From assembly GCA_009930475.1 (NCBI GenBank), contig RZYC01000001.1:17062-81061 (forward strand): a stretch of 64,000 nt of DNA, in the 5' to 3' direction. The position numbers were made by a program, and so were the translations under genes. Every line of letters starts with the position of its first letter. The first letter of the stretch is position 1. The notes beneath the pieces were generated by a model. That model was given only the letters and a program-made list of their open reading frames with translations. It searched no databases and was not told the DNA's origin. This stretch comes from Spartobacteria bacterium (GTDB taxonomy: Bacteria > Verrucomicrobiota > Kiritimatiellia > RZYC01). Shown in pieces: positions 28,677-39,297 of this stretch.

Positions 28677-29246
28677 TCATGAGGATATTTTAAAAAACAC
28701 CTCAAATCGGTTTCGACGTTCTATCGTTCCGGCAATAAATATGCCGGAATGAGACGTCGTTAATGACGCCGTATTTGTTGACGTTGCTGTCGGAGTCGCC
28801 GTAGGAGAAGTCACAACCGTGGCGGTTCCCTCCGCATAACCAACAAAGCCTGATTCAATCCACGAGCCCTGCAATGTTGCCGTTGAACCACTAACGTTGA
28901 TAGTTGCACTCAACGTACCCTCTGCGCCACTTTTTGAATGTCCATCCATATTAATCGAAACAAGCATTCCTCCATCAGACACACTACCAATAGAACCCCC
29001 AAAATGAATGCCATGATTATCATATCCCTGCAAATCATCCCCGGTCTGTTCAATATACAGCCAAGAAATGTCCGCATTATCACTTGTCTCAACCAAGGGA
29101 CTACCATCATAACGTCCCGTAATATTTGCATCCACATCGCGCGTCACCGTATCTCCCGACCCCACTTCGCAGCCGGCAACCAAAATTAATGCCAAAACAC
29201 ATCCGACCAATGAAACCAATCCAACAGCCACTTTTACTATTTGCAT
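28677..29246 (-). CDS. Hypothetical lipoprotein with a Thr/Ser-rich tail
   Basis: MQIVKVAVGLVSLVGCVLALILVAGC contains a signal peptide and the lipobox LVAGC. No family was recognised. Confidence 0.45.
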   Translation of the reverse strand: MQIVKVAVGLVSLVGCVLALILVAGCEVGSGDTVTRDVDANITGRYDGSPLVETSDNADISWLYIEQTGDDLQGYDNHGIHFGGSIGSVSDGGMLVSINMDGHSKSGAEGTLSATINVSGSTATLQGSWIESGFVGYAEGTATVVTSPTATPTATSTNTASLTTSHSGIFIAGTIERRNRFEVFFKISS

Positions 29247-29388
29247 AAATTCACCTATAAGTTTTCGATGAAAGTAGAACACAACATGACTGTTGGCAAG
29301 CTTTTGCCTATATATATGAATATCGCCAGGCTTTATTTATATATATTTATTGACGTCTCATTCCCCCATCTGCTAAACAGGGGTCATT

Positions 29389-30402
29389 ATGAGAAGAAAA
29401 CGAATCAAGCGAGACCACCTAGCGTACTATCACTGCATGTCGCGCATTGTGGGGCGAGGGATGTTACTGGGCGATGTGGAGAAAGTGCACATGTGCCGGC
29501 TTATTCGCCGTGTTGAAGGCTTTACAGGGGTTCGCGTTCTCACCTATGCGATCATGACGAATCACATTCATCTGCTGCTGGAGGAACCAGATCGTAATGA
29601 GATACATCAGATGACTCACGAAGAGCTTGTGAAGCGATTGCTGTATCTGTACTCGCAAGATGATGTCGACGAAATATGTGCTCGCTGGCGCATGTGGGAG
29701 AGGGAAGGCCTTCTGGCCCTGGTGACCGAGGACAAGCAGCGTTATTTGGTACGGATGCATGATATCAGTGAATTTATGAAACAGGTAAAACAGCGGTTAT
29801 CCTGCTGGTATAACAGAAATAACGGACGGTACGGGACGTTGTGGGATCGTCGCTTTACGAGCGTGCTGGTGGAAGATGGTGCGGCACTGCGCACGATGGC
29901 GGCGTATATCGAAATGAATCCGGTGCGGGCAGGAATGGTGGATGACCCGAAAAAGTACCAGTTCTGCGGATTTGGAGAAGCCATGGCCGGTGTAAAACGG
30001 GCGATGTGCGGCATTATGAAGCTGGCCAGCGGACTGGATTGCATGGATGATGCGGTGCGGGCTCGGGAACGGGCGGATTCATGGGATGTTGCGTCGTCGA
30101 TCTACTGGGAACGGATTTTGATGTACGATGAAGTAACGAAAAACCCTCATTTTGCGATGCTGGATATGGATATGATTCCAGATAAATTGCGTAAACGAAT
30201 GAAAATATCTGATTTTGAACGACTGCGATGTCGAAGTCGCTTTTTTTCCGACGGGCAAGTCTTTGGTTCGCGTGACTTTGTGGAAGATTTTTTTGAGCAT
30301 AATCCTGATCACTTTGGAATCACCCGCAAAACAGGTGCTCGGAAAATACGCGGAGGGTGGAACAGCCTGTACTCCCTTCGAGATCTGGGAAACTGGTGCT
30401 GA
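29389..30402 (+). mobile_element. RAYT/IS200-like Y1 HUH transposase paralog 3
   Basis: MRRKRIKRDHLAYYHCMSRIV… carries the HUH motif TNHIHLLL, the tyrosine motif AAYIEMNPVRAG, and the C-terminal block …SRFFSDGQVFGSRDFVEDFFEHNPDHF…LYSLRDLGNWC. It is about 75% identical to paralog 2. Confidence 0.75.
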
Positions 30403-30599
30403 TTCATTAATTATATATATCTTTAATATTTCACATATAGCCTCTTATTTTGTTTATGACATGGTTTTGAAGTAAGTCATTCATAAGTATGTATCACGTA
30501 TCCACATGGCGTGCTGTGTATTACCCGAATCGAATCTTCAGGTCGTTCACATGGCACACCCTGTGCGTCTTGTTTTTCAACACAAAACAAGAAGAGATC

Positions 30600-30800
30600 A
30601 TGGACGCATGTAACGAACAAATTCAAAAAGCAATGGAGTTATCTCGTCAGTTAATTATACTGGCGGACGACGGAGAGGCTGTGAGCGATGATGATGGTTG
30701 TATTTTACTGTATAGCATTATTCGTGATTGTGGGTATCGCATACGAAAGCAGGCAGATCACGAACGTGAAGCGCATAAGATGTCGAATAGATGGAAATAA
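30600..30800 (+). CDS. Small hypothetical Cys-containing protein (66 aa)
   Basis: MDACNEQIQKAMELSRQLIILADDGEAVSDDDGCILLYSIIRDCGYRIRKQ… ends 3 nt before the thioredoxin-like gene. The RBS is weak. Confidence 0.25.
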   Translation: MDACNEQIQKAMELSRQLIILADDGEAVSDDDGCILLYSIIRDCGYRIRKQADHEREAHKMSNRWK

Positions 30801-30803
30801 ACA

Positions 30804-31277
30804 ATGAAAGGTTGGGTTATGAAAAACGCAATATGGATTGGGGTGGCGATAGTGGCCGGAGTATTGATCTTATCAAACCGCGGTCGTGCCGCAGACATTG
30901 ATCATAGCGCATGGATGACGGATTTTCCTGCTGCGCAGGAACAGTCGAAGAAATTAAATAGACCCATGCTAATCGATTTCTCTGGTTCTGACTGGTGTGG
31001 ATGGTGCGTAAAACTGGACAAAGAAGTTTTTAGCCAGGGCGTGTTTAAGGAGTACGCCAAAGACAATCTGGTATTGTTTATGGCTGATTTTCCTCGGCGA
31101 ACACAGCTGCCGGAGGGCATAGCTCAGCAAAATGAAATGTTAGCTGAGAAATATAAAATACGCGGATTTCCCACAGTGATCTTGCTTGATCCGGACGGAA
31201 AAGTGATTGGAACCACAGGATATCAACGCGGGGGTCCAGAGGCATATATATCTCACTTAAAAACGTTTATGAAATAG
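30804..31277 (+). CDS. Secreted thioredoxin-fold protein (thioredoxin-like, WCGWC motif)
   Basis: It has a signal peptide and the CxxC motif in SDWCGWCVKLD, plus a thioredoxin fold (…GFPTVILLDPDGKVIG). An alternative start lies at 30819 (MKNAIW…) with an AAAGG RBS. Confidence 0.65.
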   Translation: MKGWVMKNAIWIGVAIVAGVLILSNRGRAADIDHSAWMTDFPAAQEQSKKLNRPMLIDFSGSDWCGWCVKLDKEVFSQGVFKEYAKDNLVLFMADFPRRTQLPEGIAQQNEMLAEKYKIRGFPTVILLDPDGKVIGTTGYQRGGPEAYISHLKTFMK

Positions 31278-31452
31278 TTTTTCACCGGATCAACTTCGTA
31301 CATACATCCGTAGCTGGTAGTGACAAGCATGTTGCTGCCAGCTGGAATTAATATACACGGTAGATATTGCGTGACATAATTTAGATGCTATAATTCGTCT
31401 ACAAGCGGAATGTTAACAAGATATATTTTTGAAGATATAAGACATACAAACA

Positions 31453-32655
31453 TTGAGGATCAGCACAGTGAATACAGAATTGAAAGAGAACATTTTTTGG
31501 GTTGGATTTGTTGACTGGAACGTAAGGGATTTTCACGGATACACGACAGATAAGGGTTCCAGTTACAATGCCTATCTTATTCGTGATGAAAAGACGGCCC
31601 TGATTGATACAGTAAAAGGACCATATGCCGGCGAGTTGCTGAGACGCATTGAAGCACTGGTTCCTTACGAAAAGGTGGATTACATCATCTGCAACCATGC
31701 CGAACCCGACCATGCCGGAAGCCTCCCGAAAGTAGTGGAAGCCTGCCCGAATGCGGTGGTGGTGTGCGACGCAAAATGCGAAAAAGCTCTGGGACTGCAT
31801 TTTGATACCAGCGAATGGACGTTTAAAATTGTCAAAGAAGGCGACTCCTTATCTTTGGGAAAACGGACTCTGCAATTTATTGAAACACCTATGGTTCACT
31901 GGCCGGAATCCATGTTCACCTACATACCTGAAGAAAAACTGCTGTTCTCCATGGATGCTTTCGGACAGCACTATGCAACGGTGAATCGCTTTGATGACGA
32001 AGCCAATCTGAACATTGTCATGGATGAAGCACGCACATATTACGCGAACATCGTGATGCTGTACGGACGGCAGATCAGCAAGGTACTCGACCGCAGCAGT
32101 GCCATAGACATTGAAATGATCGCTCCGAGTCATGGAGTTATTTTCCGCAGCCATATCGATTTGATCATGGAGGCCTATCGTAACTGGGTTGTATGCAAGG
32201 CACTGCCAAAAGTTGTGATCTTTTATGACACGATGTGGAAGAGCACAGAGAAAATGGCAGAAGCCATCCTGCACGGTGTCGAAGAATTTAATGTGGACGC
32301 CTCATTGATCAACGTGCGAGCCAGCAATATCACGGTACTGGCCACGGAAGTACTGGAAGCAGCGGTCGTTGCCGCGGGGTCGCCGACGCTGAACACCACA
32401 TTGATGCCTGCCATGGCTGGATCGCTCACGTATCTGAAGGGACTTCGCCCGCAGGACAAAAAAGGATTTGCGTTTGGCTCCTACGGGTGGGCTCAGGGCG
32501 GCGCGGCAGACGTGGAGAACTATTTGAAAGATATGAAATTTGAAATTCTGCGCGAACCATTACTTTCCAAGTTTGTGCCCACACCGGAAGTGATTGAAGA
32601 GTGTGTGGAAGCAGGACGTATGCTCGCAAAGGAAGCACTGAAAGTCGTTGAATAA
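31453..32655 (+). CDS. Flavodiiron protein (rubredoxin:oxygen/NO oxidoreductase, FprA/ROO type)
   Basis: It has a metallo-beta-lactamase-like diiron domain (…YNAYLIRDEKTALIDTV…CNHAEPDHAGSLP…) and a C-terminal flavodoxin domain. The probable true start is a GTG at 31468 after a GAGGA RBS; the ORF track starts at a TTG at 31453. Confidence 0.85.
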   Translation: MRISTVNTELKENIFWVGFVDWNVRDFHGYTTDKGSSYNAYLIRDEKTALIDTVKGPYAGELLRRIEALVPYEKVDYIICNHAEPDHAGSLPKVVEACPNAVVVCDAKCEKALGLHFDTSEWTFKIVKEGDSLSLGKRTLQFIETPMVHWPESMFTYIPEEKLLFSMDAFGQHYATVNRFDDEANLNIVMDEARTYYANIVMLYGRQISKVLDRSSAIDIEMIAPSHGVIFRSHIDLIMEAYRNWVVCKALPKVVIFYDTMWKSTEKMAEAILHGVEEFNVDASLINVRASNITVLATEVLEAAVVAAGSPTLNTTLMPAMAGSLTYLKGLRPQDKKGFAFGSYGWAQGGAADVENYLKDMKFEILREPLLSKFVPTPEVIEECVEAGRMLAKEALKVVE

Positions 32656-32657
32656 CC

Positions 32658-34340
32658 ATGGAGTCATCTCAAAAAACACGGGTGTCCGGAACAGAAGTCC
32701 GTATAAAAGGTGTCGCATTAAGCGAAGGCATTGCCATCGCGCGTATCTGCATGTTCAATGAACATCGCCACAGCAATCTCCCGATGTACAAAGTAACGGG
32801 TGATGGAGTAGAACGCGAATTGAACAGGCTGGAGCGGGCGCTTGACATCGCAAAAGAACGAATTGGTCAGTTGCAGGAATCTGTCGTCGAGAACATCGGC
32901 GCGGCGGAAGGAGAGATCTTTACGGCCCACAAGATGATTCTGGATGATCCGTCTCTCCACCAAAAAATCGTGCAGCAGATCGAAACAACTGGAATCAACG
33001 CAGAAACGGCCGTATCACAGGTTCTTGATTCTTTTGAGGCCCGCATGCGGTCGCTCGGCGACGAATATATGCGTGAACGCGCCTCGGATTTTGCTGAAAT
33101 TCGTGATCGGATACTCGATGTGCTGGGCAATATGCACCCCGCGCTGCAATGCGATGATCAGCACTGCCTGCATGGTAAAAACCGTATGGTGGTAGCGGAG
33201 GAATTGACGCCGAGCCTGACGGTGGATCTGGATACATCATCAGTATGCGGATTTGTGACTGAACGCGGCGGCGTGAATTCTCATGCCGCCATTCTTGCCA
33301 GGGCACTGGGTATTCCGGCGGTCAGCGGCATTCGGGGGATTCGTGACATGGTCGGATGCGGCATCGAATTGCTGGTAAACGGTTATGACGGTGAAATCAT
33401 CATCTGGCCCCATGAAAAAACCGTGCATGATATTCTGGAAGCGCATCCTCAGCATCTGCGTCGTCACGAGATCGTGGAGCCGATTGATGGGTTCTGCGTC
33501 ATGGGAAATATCAGTATTTCCCGAGAGACCAATCAGTGCTTAAAGATGCTGCCCGACGGCATTGGCCTATATCGAACAGAATTTGAACTGATGGATGCCG
33601 GACGGTTTCTTACAGAAAACGAATTGTACGAGCGCTTAAAATCAGTAGCACAGGCTTTTGACGGCAAGCCGGTCGTATATCGCCTTCTGGATATCGGCAG
33701 TGACAAGACGATGCCCTTCATGAATATTGATAAAGAGGAAAATCCTGCGCTGGGTTTACGCGGAGCCCGCTTATTATTGAGCCGCCCCGAACTGATTGAG
33801 ATACAGGCACGCGCACTGGCACGTGTTTCCAGGGACTACACCGTTCGTGTTCTGTACCCCATGATCGCCGATGTAGCCCAATTTGAAGCGGTAGACCGCA
33901 TTTTTTCTGCGGCCGCGCAGTCCTTGGGACAAGGGCGCATTCTGAAAGGAATCATGTTTGAAGTCCCCTCCGCCTGTTTAGTAGCAGATGAACTGTTTGA
34001 GCGCATTGATTTTGCAAGTATCGGAACCAATGATCTGTTGCAGTATCTTTTTGCTGTGGATAGAAATAACGAACATGTTGCGGCAGATTACAATCCGGAT
34101 CATCCGATTTTCTGGGGTGTGATACAGCGTATGGCGACCCTGGCTGATAAATATAATAAACCCCTGTCCATGTGCGGCGAAATGGCTGGAAATCCCCGAT
34201 TCATTTCCAAACTGATCGAATGCGGAATTCGCAGCGTAAGCGTAAGTCCCATGCGCATTCCGGACGTACGAGCTGCGGCGCAGAGCAGCCTGCAGCTTTT
34301 GGCAAAGACAAACTCATTTACCGGCTCTGTCGCCGGATAA
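32658..34340 (+). CDS. ptsI: Phosphoenolpyruvate-protein phosphotransferase (PTS Enzyme I)
   Basis: The active-site His region [21 protein letters not shown] matches [43 protein letters not shown] and [19 protein letters not shown] are further PEP-utilising-enzyme signatures. The ATG sits 3 nt after the FDP stop. Confidence 0.8.
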   Translation: MESSQKTRVSGTEVRIKGVALSEGIAIARICMFNEHRHSNLPMYKVTGDGVERELNRLERALDIAKERIGQLQESVVENIGAAEGEIFTAHKMILDDPSLHQKIVQQIETTGINAETAVSQVLDSFEARMRSLGDEYMRERASDFAEIRDRILDVLGNMHPALQCDDQHCLHGKNRMVVAEELTPSLTVDLDTSSVCGFVTERGGVNSHAAILARALGIPAVSGIRGIRDMVGCGIELLVNGYDGEIIIWPHEKTVHDILEAHPQHLRRHEIVEPIDGFCVMGNISISRETNQCLKMLPDGIGLYRTEFELMDAGRFLTENELYERLKSVAQAFDGKPVVYRLLDIGSDKTMPFMNIDKEENPALGLRGARLLLSRPELIEIQARALARVSRDYTVRVLYPMIADVAQFEAVDRIFSAAAQSLGQGRILKGIMFEVPSACLVADELFERIDFASIGTNDLLQYLFAVDRNNEHVAADYNPDHPIFWGVIQRMATLADKYNKPLSMCGEMAGNPRFISKLIECGIRSVSVSPMRIPDVRAAAQSSLQLLAKTNSFTGSVAG

Positions 34341-34359
34341 AACACAAAAGGAGAACATC

Positions 34360-34749
34360 ATGGCTAAACTAAAAGAAATATACAAATGTGAGTTGTGCGG
34401 AAATATAGTCGAAATCGTTCACGGCGGAGCTGGATCGCTGGTTTGCTGCGGTGAAGCCATGAAGCTCATTGGCGAAAATTCCACCGATGCCGCCACAGAA
34501 AAACACGTGCCCGTCATTGAAAAAATCGACGGCGGTTACAAGGTTAGCGTTGGCAGCACATTGCATCCGATGGATGAAAAACATTACATCGAATGGATTG
34601 AAATCCAGTTCGACAGCAAAGTCGGCCGCAAATATCTCAAACCCGGCGAAGCACCAGTAGCAATATTCAACGGCGTAGATGCCGCGAATGTCACCGCTCG
34701 AGCCTATTGCAATCTGCACGGCTTATGGAAAGCCGCTTACGGAGAGTAA
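34360..34749 (+). CDS. dfx: Desulfoferrodoxin (2Fe superoxide reductase)
   Basis: The N-terminal desulforedoxin-like domain is [34 protein letters not shown] (C-x2-C…CC), followed by an SOR domain (…HVPVIEK…[13 protein letters not shown]…) over 129 aa. An AAAGGAGAA RBS precedes the start. Confidence 0.85.
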   Translation: MAKLKEIYKCELCGNIVEIVHGGAGSLVCCGEAMKLIGENSTDAATEKHVPVIEKIDGGYKVSVGSTLHPMDEKHYIEWIEIQFDSKVGRKYLKPGEAPVAIFNGVDAANVTARAYCNLHGLWKAAYGE

Positions 34750-34752
34750 ATT

Positions 34753-35271
34753 ATGATCAGTAAAACCATGACGGATGCCTTAAACCGGCAAATCAATGCG
34801 GAAGTATATTCTGCGTACCTATACCAGTCCATGGCCGCCTATGCCACATATACCGGCATGAAAGGGGTAGCCAACTGGCTGAATGTTCAGGCAAAAGAAG
34901 AAATGGCACATGCCCAGATTTTTTATCAATATATAAACAGTCAGGGCGAACAGGTCATCCTCTATGCCATTGAACAGCCACCCAGCGAGTTTGAATCGGT
35001 CGGTGATATTTTCGAACAGACGCTGGCTCATGAAAAGAAAATCACGGGACTGATCAACGATCTCGCCAATCTGGCACAGGATGAACGGGATCACGCCACG
35101 GCCAACTTCCTTCAGTGGTTCGTCGATGAACAGGTGGAAGAAGAAGGCAATGCCCGGGATATTCTCGATAAATTCAAACTGACCGGAGGCCAGGGCAACG
35201 GTTTGTTTATGATTGATAGTGAACTGGCTGCAAGAGTTTTTGTGATGCCTGCAAAGCTGTCACAAGGGTAG
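34753..35271 (+). CDS. ftnA: Non-heme bacterial ferritin (FtnA-like)
   Basis: The protein aligns with E. coli FtnA: ALNRQINAEVYSAYLYQSM, QAKEEMAHAQ and ANFLQWFVDEQVEEE. It is 172 aa, with the ATG 3 nt after the dfx stop. Confidence 0.8.
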   Translation: MISKTMTDALNRQINAEVYSAYLYQSMAAYATYTGMKGVANWLNVQAKEEMAHAQIFYQYINSQGEQVILYAIEQPPSEFESVGDIFEQTLAHEKKITGLINDLANLAQDERDHATANFLQWFVDEQVEEEGNARDILDKFKLTGGQGNGLFMIDSELAARVFVMPAKLSQG

Positions 35272-35310
35272 AATGACGGTGCAATCGATAAATACAAAAG
35301 GAGAAATAAA

Positions 35311-35472
35311 ATGAAAAAATATGTATGTAATATCTGCGGTTATATCTACGATCCCGAACTGGGCGATCCCGACAGCGGTGTTGCTCCAGGCACAGCCTTT
35401 GAAGACATTCCTGATGATTGGTGCTGCCCTGAATGCGGCGTAGGCAAAGACGATTTCAGTGCAGAAGACTGA
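35311..35472 (+). CDS. Rubredoxin
   Basis: The 53-aa product [53 protein letters not shown] has the CxxCG…CPxCG motifs. An AAAGGAGAA RBS precedes the start. It is not in the ORF track because it is under 60 aa. Confidence 0.85.
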   Translation: MKKYVCNICGYIYDPELGDPDSGVAPGTAFEDIPDDWCCPECGVGKDDFSAED

Positions 35473-35493
35473 TCGAACAACTGGAGAAAAATC

Positions 35494-36642
35494 ATGCGTG
35501 TAGGCATCATTGGAGCCGGACACGCGGGTGTGGCGGCAGCATGGGATCTGGCGAAGGCGGGGGTACAAGTAACCCTGTTTTCAGCCGAGCCTGTGCTGCC
35601 CTATTTTCGTCCCCGCATCGTCGCCTATGCCTTCGGGCAGGCGACTGCGGCAGAAATAGAAATGCATCCGCTGGACTGGTATGAAAAGCAGAACATCACC
35701 CTCGTCACAAACGAGGCCGTCACTGCTGTGGAAACACAGAATAGTGACTTTAACATTCGCACAGCAACGAGCGAAACACTGGTTGATCACGTCATCATCG
35801 CATCCGGTGCTGGACCGATTATGCCACCATTCGCACGCGGTGATTTTACTTCGGTGGTTCCCCTGTGGTCTATGCAGCATGCAGGACAGATCAGAAACCG
35901 CCTGCGGGATGGACTCAGAATGATGATTATCGGCGGAGGCGTCATCGGTATTGAAGCCGCACTGCGCGCGGCCGACATAGGCGTTAAGGTCAGTATCGTC
36001 GAGAAACTCGATACATTAATGGCCCGCAACTTCAGCCCGGAAGCATCGGAAATGATTCGAGAATTACTTCAGTCCGCACAGATTGATGTGCTGACCGGAC
36101 GTTCCGTATCGACATTGACCCAGACAGACAGCGAAACCGTTCAGGTGACCTTTGAACATCATGATCCGGTGAAAACCGACTTGGTGCTCATGTCCATCGG
36201 CGCCGCGCGTCAGGTCAACTTCCAATTACCAGACGACGTGACCTTTGATCGCGGCATCTGCGTCGATGACTGCATGCGGACCGCGCACCCGGGGATATGG
36301 GCCTGCGGCGATATCGCCCAGTTTACCCAGCCCCTGCCATGTACCGCCCGGGGGGCAACCATACAGGGGAAAGGCATCGCCGCCAACATCATCGCCGGCA
36401 TGGACAGTCAGGATGCAAAACCATATATCGTGGAGCCGGTTGCGATGTCACTGAAGTATAAAAACTATCAGTTCCATTCTGCGGGTGCCGTCGCCTCAGG
36501 CCCGTTGCATGAAGAAAAAATGGAGAGCGATCCCGGAACCTATCGAGTTCGTGTACTGGACGAAAAAGGTCAGCTCCACGGTGTTCAGATGGTGGGAACC
36601 GCACAGGACTTCCAGCAGATGTCAAAAGCTGTTGAATTCTAG
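35494..36642 (+). CDS. NAD(P)H:rubredoxin oxidoreductase (FAD-dependent pyridine nucleotide-disulfide oxidoreductase)
   Basis: MRVGIIGAGHAGVAAAWDLAKAG contains the FAD-binding GxGxxG motif. A second dinucleotide fold (MMIIGGGVIGIEAA) is present. It lies directly downstream of rubredoxin. Confidence 0.75.
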   Translation: MRVGIIGAGHAGVAAAWDLAKAGVQVTLFSAEPVLPYFRPRIVAYAFGQATAAEIEMHPLDWYEKQNITLVTNEAVTAVETQNSDFNIRTATSETLVDHVIIASGAGPIMPPFARGDFTSVVPLWSMQHAGQIRNRLRDGLRMMIIGGGVIGIEAALRAADIGVKVSIVEKLDTLMARNFSPEASEMIRELLQSAQIDVLTGRSVSTLTQTDSETVQVTFEHHDPVKTDLVLMSIGAARQVNFQLPDDVTFDRGICVDDCMRTAHPGIWACGDIAQFTQPLPCTARGATIQGKGIAANIIAGMDSQDAKPYIVEPVAMSLKYKNYQFHSAGAVASGPLHEEKMESDPGTYRVRVLDEKGQLHGVQMVGTAQDFQQMSKAVEF

Positions 36643-36682
36643 TCGACATCATCGATTATACATTAAATAACAGCCTGTTATA

Positions 36683-36770
36683 AAAGTTCCAATGATTGGA
36701 TGTTTTCGTTTTAAAACTTCCAGACATTGGAACTTTTTTTCTGGAAAGTTCCAACGACTGGAACTTTTTT
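36683..36770. repeat. REP-like palindromic repeat cluster D (3 units)
   Basis: Units are at 36683-36707 (AAAAGTTCCAATGATTGGATGTTTT), 36713-36739 (AAAACTTCCAGACATTGGAACTTTTTT) and 36744-36770 (GAAAGTTCCAACGACTGGAACTTTTTT). The cluster lies between convergent gene ends. Confidence 0.85.
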
Positions 36771-36776
36771 CGGGGA

Positions 36777-37115
36777 TCAATTATCCAGGAAAAAGATCTC
36801 ATTTCCCGATGATTCGGTCTTCACAGCACCACTGTCGATGACGGCATAGCCATAAGATATCCGAGCCTCATTTTTTAACTCGACAGTACGCTCGCTACCT
36901 CTGCCCACCAGCTGAAACGACGTCGTACCAACCCATTCTTCGCCGCCGTCACGATACACTTGAATCCTTTTATCCGTGTCATTGATGAAAACAAACTGCG
37001 CATACTCATCGTCGCTGGAATCCGCCCCAACGTCGCATCCGGACAACAGAGAGCACGTACCGCAAACCGTGCACAACAGCACCGCCCGCAACACATTATT
37101 AATATATTTTCTCAT
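36777..37115 (-). CDS. Small hypothetical lipoprotein
   Basis: It has a signal peptide and the lipobox LLSGC (MRKYINNVLRAVLLCTVCGTCSLLSGCDVG). No family was recognised. Confidence 0.45.
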   Translation of the reverse strand: MRKYINNVLRAVLLCTVCGTCSLLSGCDVGADSSDDEYAQFVFINDTDKRIQVYRDGGEEWVGTTSFQLVGRGSERTVELKNEARISYGYAVIDSGAVKTESSGNEIFFLDN

Positions 37116-37470
37116 TGAACTCCTTGTCTAGAGCCTGTTTCACAGGTCTATTATATTGCAGGCAAAGATGATGGATTAAATAAATCCGATCAGAAGAGGC
37201 CTTTTAGCCTCAATTGCCGAAAAAAGCGCCTTACACTTTAAGCTGCTAGCCAGAAAGGTATAAAACACATGGGCATTATTGGCATTCAAACTTAATTTCG
37301 TCCAGCACTTCCGACCGTTTATGCACCAAAAGATTATCATGAGTTCCGCCGGATTCTTGAAGAGATGGATCGGCTGTTATGTGAGTCGGGCGTGGAGAAT
37401 CAGATTGTTTGATGATTGAAAAACGATGTCTTATCCATATTGCAGATTCCATGATTTGGAATCTGGGTGG

Positions 37471-39297
37471 TTATTCGGGCGTCTTGAGGGGAAGCCGAAT
37501 ACTGAAGGTGGTTTTGCCGGATTTGCTGGTGCAGCTCATAAGACCGTCGTGAGATTCGATGATGTGCTGGCAGATGGACAGGCCGAGGCCGGTATTGGTT
37601 TTGCCGACTTTGGTACTGAAAAAGGGATCGAATATTTTATCCATCACTTCAGGGGGGATGCCGCTGCCATTGTCAGTGACGGTAATTTCGGCGTATTGAC
37701 CGTCATTCGGACAGGTGGCGGCGATGCGGATGGTTCCACCTTCGGGGACGGCATCCCAGCTGTTGACAATGAGGTTCATCAGGACCTGTTTGAGTTTATT
37801 TTCCTGTCCGGCAATGAAGATGGCTTCGCCGGGGTCACGGATGATATTGATGTTTTTCTGCCGCAGTTTGTGGTTGAGAAGGATGAGGATATCGTCGATG
37901 AGCGGCTGGACGGCGACGCGGCGCATAACGGGTATGCGGTTGATTTTTGAAAAGGACAGGAGGCTCTCTACAATACCGGCGATGCGTTTGAGTTCGGCGT
38001 CCACCTTTTCCAGTTTTCGGAGAGAATCTTCGTCCTGCATTTTCCGGCGCATGATGGCGACATAATTACTGATGATGCCCAGAGGGTTATTGATTTCATG
38101 AGCAACACCGGCGGCCAGTTCGGCGATGGATTCGATTTTTTGTGAGCGAAGCAGGTATTCATTAACCTGACGGTCACGCGTGATATCTTCGAAGATGATA
38201 ATGGTTCCGAGATAGCGGTCGTTTTCGTCTTTAAAGGGTCCGATGTGAATGCGCAGGTATTTATTATCGCCATGTTTGAATTCGTCCCATGATTTCTCTG
38301 TTCGCTCATCGATGGCCTTCATCAGTTCGGCCGCCTGTTCCGTGATTTCTCCGTCGGCATCTTTGGGAACGATCGCATCCATCGTCAGATTCATGATTCG
38401 GTCCTGATCGATTTCCAGGATTGCGGATGCGGCATAATTGGTAAGATAGACATGGTTCTTTTCGTCGAGAATCACGATGCCTTCAGGGATATTTTTAATG
38501 ATATCTTCGTTGTATTTTTTGAGCAGAAACAATTCCCGGTTGTGATGTTCCAGTTCTTCGCGCGACATAACAAAGGAATAGGTGAGCTTGATAAGCTTCA
38601 CCTTATCGATATCCTGAATTTCCTCGGTTCCGATATTACGTCCGTTCTGCATGATGGTGACACGATCGGCGAGGTCAAATATCTCGTTCATGTTGTGCGT
38701 AATATAAATCACACTGCGTCCCTGGTGGCGCAGACCGAACAGCAGTTTATAAACGCGCTCCATTTCCACCGGCGTAAGCTTAAAGGATATCTCATCGAAA
38801 ATGATCACTTCAGGATGATTAATCAGCACTTTTGCCAGTTCCACCATATGCTGATCGGCCTGCGGCATCAGGCTGAGAGGGATATTGAGATCGAGATCGA
38901 TTCCTAATGAATCCAGCAGCTGCTGCGCTTCTTTCTCCATGACACGCCGTCGCACGCCACCCCACCAGTAGCGCTTAAAATATCCGGCATACATATTCTC
39001 CACCGCATCCAGCGCATTGATCACGTTATTATGCTGATAGAACATGCTGATGCCGTCGCGCATGGCGGTATGCGGCGTGAAATAAGGCATATCAACGCCG
39101 CGATAATAGATCAGACCTTTTTTCATGCGCACTGCACCGCTGAGCACCTTGACGAGGGTGGATTTTCCGGAACGGTGTTCGCCGACAAGACCGTGAATTT
39201 CACCTTTCCGAAGATCAAAATCCACGCCCTTCAGCACCTGTGTGGTGCCGTAATTCACATGAATATTGCGCATCTGCACAATAAGGTCGGATGTCAT
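37471..39297 (-). CDS. Cytoplasmic sensor histidine kinase with an N-terminal ABC-transporter ATP-binding domain (NBD-PAS-HisKA-HATPase_c fusion)
   Basis: Residues 1 to about 240 carry the Walker A motif GEHRSGKST, a Q-loop, a degenerate signature LSLMPQADQHMVELAKVL, the Walker B motif VIIFDEIS and the H-loop YITHNMNE. This region is most similar to the N-terminal half of CUT2 sugar ABC ATPases such as the neighbour at 45117-46607. A PAS-like region follows, then an H-box AHEINNPLG, then HATPase_c (…DNGSGIPPEV…GLGLSICQ…). No TM helices are present. The start overlaps the response-regulator stop (ATGA). Confidence 0.8.
   Translation of the reverse strand: MTSDLIVQMRNIHVNYGTTQVLKGVDFDLRKGEIHGLVGEHRSGKSTLVKVLSGAVRMKKGLIYYRGVDMPYFTPHTAMRDGISMFYQHNNVINALDAVENMYAGYFKRYWWGGVRRRVMEKEAQQLLDSLGIDLDLNIPLSLMPQADQHMVELAKVLINHPEVIIFDEISFKLTPVEMERVYKLLFGLRHQGRSVIYITHNMNEIFDLADRVTIMQNGRNIGTEEIQDIDKVKLIKLTYSFVMSREELEHHNRELFLLKKYNEDIIKNIPEGIVILDEKNHVYLTNYAASAILEIDQDRIMNLTMDAIVPKDADGEITEQAAELMKAIDERTEKSWDEFKHGDNKYLRIHIGPFKDENDRYLGTIIIFEDITRDRQVNEYLLRSQKIESIAELAAGVAHEINNPLGIISNYVAIMRRKMQDEDSLRKLEKVDAELKRIAGIVESLLSFSKINRIPVMRRVAVQPLIDDILILLNHKLRQKNINIIRDPGEAIFIAGQENKLKQVLMNLIVNSWDAVPEGGTIRIAATCPNDGQYAEITVTDNGSGIPPEVMDKIFDPFFSTKVGKTNTGLGLSICQHIIESHDGLMSCTSKSGKTTFSIRLPLKTPE

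Noticed and set aside
37444-37464. Inverted repeat AGATTCCATGATTTGGAATCT resembling the REP core
   Set aside because: It is a single unit with a different stem (GATTCCA/TGGAATC versus GTTCCAAT/ATTGGAAC), which is too diverged to assign to the REP family with confidence. It may simply be a terminator or operator near the kinase gene's 3' end.
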